In this document: positions 14,177 to 26,203 of the stretch, piece after piece
Layout of the letters: every line of letters starts with the position of its first letter
How positions within the stretch are numbered: position 1 is the stretch's first letter
NCBI GenBank assembly: GCA_048213135.1
Contig: PS015213.1
Location: 95,375-153,298 of the forward strand
Direction: 5' to 3'
Source: Reclinomonas americana ATCC 50394
Taxonomy: Eukaryota
DNA: 57,924 nucleotides
Position numbers and translations under genes: made by a program
The notes under the pieces: model-generated
Seen by the model: the letters and a program-made list of their open reading frames with translations, nothing else
What the model was told of the DNA's origin: nothing
Databases searched by the model: none

Positions 14177-14885
14177 ATGTCAGGCGCTTTCGTTCGTGGT
14201 GCGCGTCGCGCAATGTCATCGAGTTGCGTCTCCTCTGTCTGTGTGCCTGTGTGAATGCACACTCCTTCCTCTGTGTGTGTGTGTGAGTGTCATGTTAACT
14301 GTCGACCGCATCTTGCATCTTTGAGCGTATCTCTCTTTTCTCACACTTTGTGTGTGGTAGGTGCTGGTGGCCACGGCAACTCGACCAACACCTGGCGGCT
14401 GGTCAGCTACGCCGGCATGGTCGCCGTGCCCGTGTTTGTTGCGTCGACACACATACACACAAAGAGAGAGAAATGCAACTTGTGATGAAACTGATTCTGT
14501 GTTGTTGCACAGGGCGCGGTGGTGCTCTTCGGCGGGTTGCGTAACACGCTCCACTTGTGCCACACACACGCACGCACGCACAGAGAGGGAGAGGGAGAGA
14601 GAGAGACGGGGCATCGAGATGGCGCATCACTCTCTCACACTCTCCCTCCCCCGTGTCTCTTTTTGCCTTGTGTGCTCCACAGTGACCACAGCCACCACCA
14701 CGAGCAGAAGCCGTTCGCCTACAAGACGTTCCACAAGCAGGCCACGGTGTCCCACAAGCCCTTCCCCTGGGCCAACAAGGACTGCACTCTCTTCCAGCCT
14801 GACGTTGCGTCCCAGCAAGAGAGAGAGCCTCCAGTGAGTGGGTTGCTTACTTGTTATACAGTGCGGCAAGGAGGAGCACCACTAA
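14177..14885 (+). CDS. COX6A: Cytochrome c oxidase subunit 6A (5 exons)
   Basis: Exons 14177-14222, 14361-14437, 14513-14535, 14683-14803 and 14862-14885 give MSGAFVRGARRAMSS...NTWRLVSYAGMVAVPVFGAVVLFGGDHSHHH...KPFPWANKDCTLF. This shows a presequence, one TM helix and the KPFPW..TLF signature. Confidence 0.88.
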
Positions 14886-15149
14886 AACGCTCGCATTTCT
14901 CGTCGAGTGACGTTCCTCTACGTTCTTTGTTCTTTGTTGTCGTTGTTGTTGATGGCGACAGGCGCATGTACGCGGGAGGGAGAAGCACTTGTTGAGTGAT
15001 GGATGGATGACGGGTGATGGCGGTGAATGATATGCGTGACTTACGTGAGTAAACGCGCGCAAGTCCTGCTGGCACAGTCTTCGTTTTTTTTTGGTTCTTG
15101 CGGCACTCGCAGGCGTCGTCGCACTTTGGGGAGTCGCCTGGAGGGGGGA

Positions 15150-18126
15150 ATGTCTGCACCAGAGCAGGCACCACCGCCATTATCACCAGCATCGCAAGGT
15201 GAGCACTTCGCAATGATGATGATGATGAACAGCCTCTGTCCCTGCCTCGTCGCCATGCATTCTCGCGATGGAAAGCGAGAGAATAATGGAGGCATGCGCG
15301 GTGCTCTTTTTTATCATTGCAGCGCGTTGTGTGCGCGCGCGCCCCTGCCATGGTCATTGCGATCGTCACACACACGCGCACTCTCTCTCTCTCTCTCGCG
15401 CTCACTCACGCACGCACAGCACACGACGAGGAATCGGAGGTGGTTGATGAGGCCGTCACGCCACCGCCTGTCGTGGTGAGCAAGCGCACACATACACACA
15501 AAGAGAGTGAGAGAGACACGCATGCACCCCGCCGAAGTGTGTGCAAGTGGCGGCAGAGGCCTTCTCTCTCTCACACACACTCTCTCCTTCTCTCTCTCCA
15601 CATGTGTGATTCAACAGACAACGGTATCACTGCCGGCCGCTCATCACGTGCGCATCACGATGCCGAATGGGCACGTGGAGACGCCGTCGTCGGCAGCTGT
15701 GCGACGCAGAGTACGACAGTCGCGACAACGCGATGAGGAGGAGGCGGGCGCAGGAGGGCCGAGTCGATCGCGCGGGCGTCGTATCGACGATCCATGTTGC
15801 GCTGCGATGTGATTGCCGCGAGTGCGGGAGTNNNNNNNNNNNNNNNNNNNNNNNNNNNNNNNNNNNCCCCACTTCCGTCAGCTCACACCCCGTCGCCACA
15901 GGACAAGGATATGTATCGAACCTCCCGCGGGTGGTATAATCGAATGTGCTTTGCTGCACAGCCGCTAATGGACATTATCACAGCGGTGCGTGAGGTTGTT
16001 TCTCACTCCTCTCACTGTGCGGTGTCTCACCACTCCACACACATCCGCGCAGGCCCTTATTGTAATTTTCAGCATCATCCTCTTTCTCCAGCTCAACGGC
16101 ACCATCTCCACGAACTGGGGCATTGTCTTTATTCCGCTGTGGGTGGCATTTGCGTTTTTCGGTCAGTCAGCAGCTACCCTTGCTTGTTCCATCTCGTCGC
16201 CTCTCACCACCTCCACAGCGGTGCGAGTGACGCCCGTATTAGCGGCCTACTTTTGCTCCGGCTCCGGCATGTTACCGGTGTATGTGGCGAAGAGATGGAA
16301 TCCGCGATGGAGCACCTTTGTGTCGTGCATTGCCAGAAGGCGGGCACACTACGTATGCGGCGCCGAGCTGCCGCGAGTGCAGTGCCTCTGGCTCATGTTG
16401 GTGGTGTTGTCAATCATTGGCTTCCTCGTACTGCTCGTACTGCGGCTGGAACAGCAGCGGCAGGACGCCAGCAGCACCATTCCCAACGCGCTCGTCTTCC
16501 TGCCGTTCCTCATTGCCGGCATTCTCTTCCTCCTGCGAGTCTTCTTGTGCTGGAAACCCAGGTCCGAGAAGAAATTCAATAGTGCCGACGAGGCGTCCGA
16601 GTATGGCGAAAGGTAACTTGTGGAGGGAAGGGCGAGTGTCTCTGCGCGGCAGCTGCTCATTTTCACTGCAGCTACTTGCCGATTCGTTTGGTCCGCGATT
16701 CGCGGTCCATGGTGCACGTGCGCGGCAGCGTGTACGAGCGTTGCGTTGTGCCTCGTGTGCTCCCCTCTTCACTTCCGAGGCGCCTCTAATTGTTGTTGCC
16801 ATTACAGCGGACCGCGCAAAACTCGAGTTGCCGGCTCACGAGGCCGAGTCGCGGTTCTCCCGTCGCCGCAGCGTGGCTCTGGAGTCACGTCTGGTGTCGG
16901 GCAAAAAGGGTGCGTCACTCGCACCATTGCTGCTTGGGATCTTCACCTGAAGAGACAATCTAATGCACAGCACCCGGCCTGGCCTGGGGCAAGTATCTCC
17001 TCATTGGTCTGCAGGCGGCGCCGCCAGTAATCACCTGTGCGCTGCTGGTGGGCCGGTTCGAGAATTTCGGCGTGCTGGCAGAAACCAATCCGTACCTGCT
17101 CTTCCTGCCGCTGTTTGTTCAAGAATTCGTGGCCACGCTCTGTTGCGGCGCCACACTCCCCCGCTGCACGCGCGAGGGTGTCGACACTCACCCGTCTGTG
17201 TATCGCTCGGCAGTTGTCTCGTGGTACTTTGGCTTCCGTCGGCGCAATGAGCCGTACTCCACCATGGTCTCCAAGTGTGCGTACTTTTGGATTTACATGG
17301 CCGCAGTGGGCATTGGGTTCTTCTGCATCGTGTTCCCGGTGGTGGTGATCCAGATTATCGTGTGCGAGGTGTGACACAAGTTGACCCACTCGCCTCGCCC
17401 TTGTTCGCCATCTCATGTCCTCTTCTCTCCAGCGCATGCTGAGCGATGCCCACACGCCATTATGGGCCGTGTTTCTGCCCGTCTGGTTCTTCCTGGCACT
17501 GGTGGTCGCCGCTTTTGTGTTTCTCTACGTGCGCGAACAACGCTATCGGAGCTCGTGGAAGCTCGGCGAAGGACCGTCGTCATCGCTCTCGTTTTCACCC
17601 GCTGTGTCGCGCAAGGTGGGACGTGCTCCTCCTCTTCATCTTCTTCTCTTCCTTGCATCCGTTCCTCACCCACCCGTTGCGGCAGGCTCACTTGTCGATC
17701 CGCAAGAACCGCGCCGAGGGTCAACTGAAGCAGCTGTTCCGGAAACGCAACACCGATCCGACATTCACGCCGCCACCGTCGCCGGCCATCACCGTGCTCA
17801 ATCGGCGACGCAGCATTATGCTAGGAACTCCGCCCGTCGACGCCAATGGCCATCTCCTCGCTCCCCTACCACTGTCTGCGGGACCTCTGTTGCCACCGCC
17901 ACCCGCGCTGGTGTCCTCGTCGGGACCCGTCGACGCAGCGTCGCACATGCCAGTCGTGCATCCCACCAATGTCGAGATTGAGATGCATGATGATGATGAT
18001 GATGCGCCAGGAGAGGAGATGGAGGTCAGCACCGCCTCGCCTCTCTATCGAAATCTCGGTGGCGCCACTGGCGTTGGCGGCATGGCCCCGCGCGCCCTCT
18101 TTACTGCACCGCCTCCAGCGGAATGA
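15150..18126 (+). CDS. TMEM185/TMEM60-like multipass membrane protein (start codon uncertain)
   Basis: Repeated motifs FLQLNGTISTNWGIVFIPLW, LRLEQ..NALVFLPF, NPYLLFLPLF and PLWAVFLPVW. The two apparent ORF clusters join in frame through introns starting at 16613, 16740 and 16909; TGA at 18124-18126. Confidence 0.7.
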
Positions 18127-18212
18127 ACACATAGGTTTTTTTTGTGCATCGGGAGTGTGTCCGACATTGACCCCCCATCGTTTCCGAACGCTGAGAGACA
18201 TAGAGAGACAGA

Positions 18213-20723
18213 ATGCTCTCTCGGTACGGCTCTCTCATCATCGCCGAGCCGGGTGACGACACAACGGCGATTGACACAGAGCGCGATGTTATTCCACGCG
18301 ATCGCGTTGCGTTGTGACACACACGCGACGAGTGCACCAGTCGTGCATGAATGCTCAATGTGTGCACACACAGTTCTCTGCCGTGTGGTGCCTCTTCTTG
18401 CTGCTCGGTGCCGGCTACTTGCTTCGTTGCGCGCTCACCCGCCTCCTCCCCCCTTCTCCACACTCACAGTCAGTCACTCACACACGAACACACACAGCAT
18501 TCTACAGGTGTGATGATCCCTCACGAATCTTGGTGGCGCACTCTCTCTCTCTCTCACACACACACTCACTTTTCCGTGTGCAGCTTTGTGTCTGCTGTCG
18601 GTAAGCTGGCTCTATGCGCGTGTCACTGTGACTGTCACTGACTCCCTACTGCATGCAGACTATTTCTCCTCACAGTACCCGACGCATGCCCTCGGCATCA
18701 ATGCCACCGTGTCCATGGTCTACAACTTGACATCCTTTGTTGGTGAGTGCGTGTAGGCATGCCTCCCTCCTTGCCCTGTGTGCTGACTTCTATGCAGCGT
18801 TCTTGCCTGTGTTTCTGTGGCTGCGCAAGGTGCCATTCTCGGTGCGTATTCTCGTGTCGCTGGTGATCGACGGGGTGATTGTGGGGCTGGCACCGGCGGT
18901 GGGCCACCTGATCTCGTCGCCGGATGTGGCGTATGGCATGTTTGTGGCGCTGGTCGGCCTCGCAGGTGCGCGGATATTCTTCGACGAGCTGTGTCGATGA
19001 TCGGAGCGTGCTCACATGCATGGTTTCGCACAGGTCTCACCGCGTCGGTGCTGGACAGCAGTGTGATTGCACTGGCCACGCTCTTCCCGGAGGCGTATGT
19101 GCAGTCGACTTTGCTCGGTATCGGCTGCTCGTCGGTGGTGATCTCGGTTCTGCGCCTTCTCATTGTGTGCCTGTTGCCGATGAAAGGTACATGGCGCTGG
19201 TGTCGGTCGGTGGTGGGTTGTGTGCACGCGTTTGTGTCTCACACTTGCGAATCTCGTGCAGATGTGAACACGGGTGCCGTAATCTTTTTCTCCATGTCGG
19301 CCGGCGTGTTGCTGCTGTGTGTCGTCGGCTACGCTTTCATCCGCCGCTCCGACTTTTTCCACTATTTCGTTGCGTTCGCCACTCCTGCTGATTCGCATTG
19401 CGTCCACCGACTCGGTCGCCAACCTCCTCAATCACAGGTTGTGAGGAAGCATCGGCGACAACAGCGCGTGGTCGCCGCCTCTGTGAATCGAGAGGAGGCA
19501 AATGGCGACGCTGAATCGGCGCTGCGGAGTGATGGACTGGCGCAGAACACAGAGTCCAAGAAGCTTCTGGGTGCCGAGGCAGGAGCACCGCCTGTTGCGC
19601 AACGTTTGACTTTCTACACGCAGCCGCGTTGGTTTCTCATTGCTGGTGCAGAAACTGCCTGGTATGCGTCGAGTGTGGCGCGCGGCCAAGTTTTGTCTCC
19701 CCGAAGCGATCTCGGTGTTCGCCGTCTATGCTGTGTCGTTGCTCGTGTTCCCCGGCTTCTTGTCCGAAGTCCCACTACCGAATGGCTGGCATTTCCCTCC
19801 AAGTATCTTTCCGGTGGTCACCATTGTTGCGTGCGCTGCCTTTCAGCGCATTTACTTCGCTCGCTGATTGTATTGACTTACGCTGCGCGTCGTGTAGTGC
19901 GTGTTCAATGCTGCCGATTTTCTCGGGCGCCTCATTAATAAGTGGGTGCTGCTGGTTCCTCGCTCGTGGATCATGTTCTCGTCGGTCGCTCGTGTGGTGC
20001 TCATTGTACCGACGCTGATGATGGTGAAACCGTACTGGATCGAGTCGCTTGCTGGTGCGTTGTGTTTTCCTTTTTTCCTCTCTGTTGTTGTTGTTGTTGT
20101 TGTTGGTGGTGGTGCTCATGGTGGCTTGCATTACCCGTGACAGGCATCTACGTTATTATTGTGGCCCTCGGTTTCACGAATGGCCTCTTTGGCAGTTGCG
20201 CACGACCTGCTGTGCCTTGCAAACTTCTTGATTATCGGAACTCACTCCTCGTACGCGCAGCGCTGTCGATGATTTATGGCAGCAGTTGCGATCTCGCCCT
20301 ACTCTCCTCACAGTACCACTTCCCTTTCTCACTGTTCGGTGCAGGTGCGGTCAACGATGACGTGCTGAAGGAGCGCAGCATTTCGCCAACGCAGCGCAGA
20401 GAACTCCAGGAACTGGCGGGTACTTTTATGGTGCGCTTTCGTTGCCTGTCTCGCGCGCCTGGCCTCGCTGATTCTCCATCCTGTATGCAGTCGTTTGCCC
20501 TAAACGCAGGCCTAATTGTCGGTACGCCTACCTTTTCCTCCACCACTGATCTTGATCACTACCAGATCACTTACAACGATGTGTGATCATACAGGCGCGG
20601 CGGGCGGATTCGTACTGGCCAAGTACGTGTCATTCCTTCACTTTCCCTGCTGGTCGTGACTGACCCGTCTCACCTCTCTTGCTCAGGTACTATCCGGGCG
20701 CCTGGGCACCGACAAGCTCCTAA
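18213..20723 (+). CDS. Equilibrative nucleoside transporter (ENT/SLC29 family), 17 exons
   Basis: Spliced: PRDRFSAVWCLFLLLGAGYLLPFYSFVSAVDYF, FPEAYVQSTLLG, VSLLVFPG, VFNAADFLGR, GFTNGLFGTLSMIYG, ELAGTFMSFALNAGLIVG. TAA at 20721-20723. Confidence 0.92.
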
Positions 20724-20736
20724 TAAATCAGTCGAC

Positions 20737-23700
20737 TCACAATGTTCGCTGTTCTGGTGGTCGGTACTCGAACCCGAGGGCACTGCAATAACAGTCAGCT
20801 GCACGTGCCTGCCAGCAGCATGCGTGATTGCGCGCAACTGGAAGATCTCTTCCTCGGTGCGGCATGGCACCTTGGGACCGTCAAACACCTTGTCGCCATT
20901 CGAGTCCTTGTAGCGCTGCGCAGCAGATGTGTGTTATTTTGATTCGATTTCAGTGGTGGCAGCACAGACAGCTGTATCTTCACGCACTCGAACAAGACCC
21001 CTGAGAGTACAAATGATGAGACAGAATAGGGATGAAGCAGGGCGAATGCACACGCACTTGTCGTTCAAGTGCCAGCCCTGTCTCCCGAATTACATCATCA
21101 AAGGTGAGATTAATCAAAAAAATCGAGTCAAGAGGACAACACGAGAACGCACATTCACGTGACAGTCTGCAGGGAGGACAGTGAGCTGCTGCCAATGGAC
21201 GACATGCATATACAACAAGCATACGCACACAGTCGCATCAGCCGGTTGAACATGCCTGACCCCGTAAAGTACAACAAGGCAAAGGGGAGGCGGTCGGGCG
21301 GATACACTGTTGACGGTGGTGAGACATCCATCCGTGTCTTCAATCTACACATAATAACAGCTCACCTTTGATATCGATCCGACGGTGCCACTCGCCACCC
21401 TCCGGCAGTTTGCACCATCCGAGATAAGTCTCACTTTCACCCTGCCTCGAAAACGTAAGCAAAAGGGGAAAACCGGAGGCGCGTTGTCAGAGCTGCATCA
21501 CAACCTCTTCACGTCCGTGGCTCATGCTCAAGTCATCCGTCAAGAGGCCTCGTGCATGCAGTGCATCGACGAGACGCCGCAGAATGCCGAGTGTTGGCGG
21601 ATAGACTGGTGTGGGGTCGCGTGCCGCCGGATCGAACGATACAATCATGTCAATGTCACTCGACGACGACTGCGCGAGGGAGCGTCAGCGAGCCAGCTTC
21701 GTGCACTCCAGAGAGTGAGTGCGAGCAACGCACCGAGCCACGGCGGTAGGAGCCGCAGGCGCACACGACAAGCTCCGGATACAGCTTCTGCGCCTCCTCG
21801 CGTACAATTTGTTCAATCTGGCGCACCTCATCACGCGGAATCCGCTGCTTGGCGTCCTCACAGTAGCGCAGAGAGACGAGCTGTGCCGGTGTGAGGCTGG
21901 CACGCTCCCGCACGTCGTCCAGTGTCCGGTATCCGGCCTGGTACCAGGCACGAGCCGTCTCGAAGCCGACACCCCAGATGCCGCGAAAGAGATCGACCAC
22001 CTGATTGTGTTCTTGCGACACAAGAGCCTCCTTGCGCGGAATGTGTCCGATCTGTCCACGAAGAGCAGCAGCATCGTCGGTGATTGTACACGATTATACA
22101 CGACAGCCATTTGCTGTGCACACCTTGAGAAACTGGTCAATCCGGTCCAGCGTGCGCGGTCCGAATCCCGGAATGCCCTTTAACTGTGACGCCCGTGTCA
22201 CCTGCGAGGCGCAATCAGCTTGTAGTCTCGCCACTCTCTGAGCTAGTTCGTACATACCTCATGTGGCAGCGATGCAATGGTTGCCGCAGCCCGTCGGTAC
22301 GACAGCACGCGCCACTCGTCACCAGCCTGCAATCGAGGGGCACACATGAATAGGCCAACTCACGCACTCGGAGGTGTACAGCCATCATGAAACCATTGCA
22401 TTGGCGTCGGCGTAGTCGAGCAACTCTTGGATGAGTGCTCGATTGGAAGCACACTGTGCGGTACAAGGTGAGGGAGAGAGTTCGAGATGAACGGATGCAC
22501 TCTCATCCAGCGCTGCGTACCACCGGATCGGTTGCACGCCGCTGATTCTCGAATGACTCGAGCATTCTCTCCGACCGCGGGCCGGCGCGCAACTCGGATG
22601 CGAGTGAGGAGCGTACACCAGAGAACTGCCAAGAACACCTCACATGAGTCAAGAGCACAGCGCGCAATGAAATGGAGAAGAAGAAGAAAGAATCGTGGGA
22701 CGTGCCTCCCGCTCCAACTCGCGCCGATCCTCCTCCGACAGCACATCGGCTTCGCCCAGTCGGCTACGCAAACTCAGCAGCGTTTGGATGGGGTCGCGCA
22801 GCATGCTGCCACTGTCACCCGCAGCTGGAAGCGGCGGATCCGAGGTCGTGCTGGTGGCTGTAGTCGTCGTTGTCGATGTTGAAGTTGCCGGCGAGGTGGA
22901 CGATGCCAACCACTCGTCCAGCGTCGGTAGTACGGCCCTGCTCGTCCTCGACCGGGCTTGCCTGATCGACTCTTCGTCAGGGCTCTCGTACGCAGTCTCC
23001 TCGAAAACTCCTTGCGAGTCACTGCTGAGCCGCCGGCGACGCTGATGGTTCTTCTGCGAGGATTCCACAGTCACCACGCGCACGGAGAAAAAACGATCGA
23101 CAGGTGGTGAGAGCGCACGCACCGCTCGACGTCGCCGCTCCGCCAGAGTCACGGCGCCCGCGTGAGGAGTGTGCGACAGTGTCATGTCACGCCCCACGCT
23201 GGTTCGAGCGTCCGACGAAGCAGCGTACGCAGCCTGTCGGGCGGCGGCCTCCACCACCGCATTCAGCGTGTCGGGTGCAGCGCTACCACGGCGAATGCTG
23301 TCGGCCACCCAGTCGGCAGGCCTAATGTTGATCCCTGGCTGCTCCTCCAACAGTGAACACACACACACACACAGCAAAGTCACGAAACACGTATGCACGC
23401 GCAAAACCAGCCTCACCGGTACGTCGACCCACCCAAACCGCCGGAGCAGCCGGGCAGGATCCTCAACACCGCTAATCACATCGGTGGTCTCACTGTCCAC
23501 ACTGTCGTCTTTGTCGACCACCGATCCGCCGCGTTTGACGATCGCGTCGCGCACCATGCCCGCCTTGATCGCTCGCATCTTCTCACCGAGAATGATGGCC
23601 ACACGAGCGCCCGCAAACATGACATCCGGTCGATCCAGTACCATCGCGGCGACCTCCGGCACCTCCAGTTTCTTCCCACGTCGCTGATAGTCGTCGTCGT

Positions 23701-24198
23701 CGTCGTCGTCGATATGCGTCAGATCGACCACTTGGCGGCTAGAAGGGACGGTGGAGGCTTTGTTGCGTGCCACGACCAGCCGCTCCAAGAACCTGGCAGT
23801 CGACGACACGTCAGTCACTCTGCAGATGCCTCTCGATTGGTGCCGATTGCTCACCTACGGAAGGGCGGTGATGTGCAGAGTTGCACGGCTTCGAGTCGAA
23901 CGGTGACACTGAGCTCGTCGGCATCGTACAAGTCACGCTGTACCGGAAGCAGAGGCTGTCCATGTGTTGCGACACCTTGATTGAGAAGCGTGCATGTCAG
24001 TTCCAGAATCAACGAGACAGACCACCACCAACAAGAGGGAAACGCACCTTCATCGTGTCGCAAGCGACGACGCTTGGACACGGGCGCAAAGGCACTGGGT
24101 GCCACATGGAATGCGCGTCGCCGACCGAGAGAGGAAGAACTCAAAGATTCTCGACATTCCTCACTTGTCTCTGGAAGCGATGACATTCCTCTACTCAT
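20737..24198 (-). CDS. POLL: Family X DNA polymerase, lambda-like (BRCT + 8 kDa lyase + polymerase domains)
   Basis: BRCT-like segment (FAGARVAI..GGSVV..DWVADSI), HhH motifs GIPGFG and GIWGVG, CGSYRRG..DID, HRRIDIK, ALLYFTGS..FNRLMR, and C-terminal TEEEIFHALGFEYRPPEQR. The start codon is tentative. Confidence 0.88.
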
Positions 24199-24323
24199 TG
24201 TTACTCTCTCTCTCTTCTCTCTCTCCTCCCTCTCTTCTGACTCTATCTCCTCTCTCGCTGCGATGGAACGCTGACGAATGTTGTGCACAATAATATTCAC
24301 TCTATGCAAGCTGTCTCGACAAC

Positions 24324-26164
24324 CTACTTTTTGTTGGCAACCTCAGCCGACGACACCCGCGGCCGGATTACGCCATCCGCCGGCTTCACGGCCATGAAGG
24401 GTAGCAGCGAGTCCGGAATCTGTGGTGCACCGGCCAGTGAGCAACAATCCACATTCGGGCCTGCGCGCGCCCACCACACCTTGACACAACCGTCGGGATC
24501 CTGATGTGTCTCCAGCAGTGCCACAATAGTGCGTGGCACAGCCACAGCCGTTCCGTTCAGTGTGTGGGCATACGTATTGTTCTTGCCATCGCGAATACGA
24601 ATGGCCAGACGCCGAGCCTGGAAATCGGTGCAGTTTGAGCTGCTGCTGACCTCGCCAAAGCCGCCGCGCCCCGGCATCCACGCTTCCACGTCGTATTTAC
24701 GGTACGCCGACGCACCGAGTTCTTCCGTTGGCATGTCCAGCGTGCGGAAATGCAGTCCGAGATCGGCAAAAATCGACTCCTGCGTCGACCGGATCTCCTC
24801 GAGGAGCGCGTCGCTCTGAGCGGGCGCACAGACGGCGAACATTTCGACTTTGGTGAACTGGTGCACACGGTAGAGGCCGCGCACTTGTGCGCCACCAGTG
24901 CCAGTCTCTTGTCGGAAGCAGTGCGATACGCCGACAAAGCGCAGCGGCAGCTCCGAGGCGTCCAGCAGACGACCGGCCAGGAGACCGGCCAGTGTGATCT
25001 CCGACGTGCCGACCAGACACAGATCGCTGTCGCGGATCGAGTACACTTGCGAGGCGGCACCACGTGGTTGGAAGCCACACGCGGACACCACCTGGTGGCG
25101 CGCCAAGTCCGGCGTGATGATTGGAGTGAAGCCTCGAGGTATCAGTCTGCCGACACGAGAATAAGCAGCAGCGAGCAGCAAATCATCATGAGCACGCTCA
25201 TTGACGCAACTTGGCGAGCGCGTACTGCACCAATGCGAATTCCAGCATCGCGGCTTCGTTCTTCAAGTAATAGAACCGCGAGCCAGTGCATTGACTGGCC
25301 TGCGTAAAGTCGAACAGGTCACACGCGGTGCCTATCTTAACGTGATCCAGCGGTGGTCCTTGCGCGAACACAGGTGGCACTGCGCACCCACATGTGAGTC
25401 TGCAGCAGCATCGATGCCCCTCTTTCCCTTCGTCGCTCACCTCCATGCAGCTTCACCTGTCGCGCCTGGTCCTCACTGCCGATCGGACTGTCGGGGTGCG
25501 TGTCATTCGGCACTCTCAGCGCAGCCTCCATCATTCGCCCGTACAGCTGCCACAAAACTCAGCGAAACCCTCCCCGGCTACGACAGCGACTGCACACGTA
25601 CCAGCTCCGCAGCAGCCTCAGCCTCACTAGTCGACTGCTTCAGCTGCTTTCCGGCGGCCACCAATGCCTGCCGTTCACTCGCCTCCTTGCATGCATGCAC
25701 AGCATTTGCATTCTGGGCGACACACGCTCAGTTGAACGCCACGGGAAACACAAAGTCATCAGTGGTGCACACCAGCTTGCGTTCATGTCGCCACGCATCC
25801 AGCTTCTTCTGCAGCGTGCGCCACTCATCGTACATGCCTGGGCGCGATCATTCATCAGTCAGTCGCCTGCATGCGCGGAGGATGCACATGCATTGCAGCA
25901 CCCACCAACCACAGCTGCGACATCGACCTGCACTGCTCGATTGCGCGCATTCTGCTGCATCTGCTCGGCGCGTTCACACAGACTCTTGAGATCGAGCTGC
26001 GGCCGAATCTCCCACGATGCATCGCTCTCCACTGACAGCAGCAATCAGTCAGCTGCAGCGTGTCATATCACGCACACATGCAAGTACTGACCAGCAGCAG
26101 AGGAGAAGACGCGACGTGTGAGCGACAGAGGGCGACACAACGCACTCGCCACAAGCCGCTGCAT
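24324..26164 (-). CDS. SARS2: Seryl-tRNA synthetase, mitochondrial type
   Basis: Presequence-like MQRLVASALCRPLSLTRRVFSS; motifs VPNDTHPDSPIG, LVGTSEI, GLYRVHQFTKVEMF, ELGASAYRKYDVEAWMPGR, SNCTDFQARRL and HTLNGTAVAVPR. Confidence 0.93.
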
Positions 26165-26203
26165 TCTCCGTTACGGTCCTCTCAGTCTGTCCTCCCTGCT
26201 TGA
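26165..26203. promoter_or_regulatory. 39-bp spacer between divergent start codons (putative bidirectional promoter)
   Basis: SerRS ATG starts at 26164 on the minus strand and the C3orf33-like ATG at 26204 on the plus strand. Promoter function is inferred from geometry only. Confidence 0.55.
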
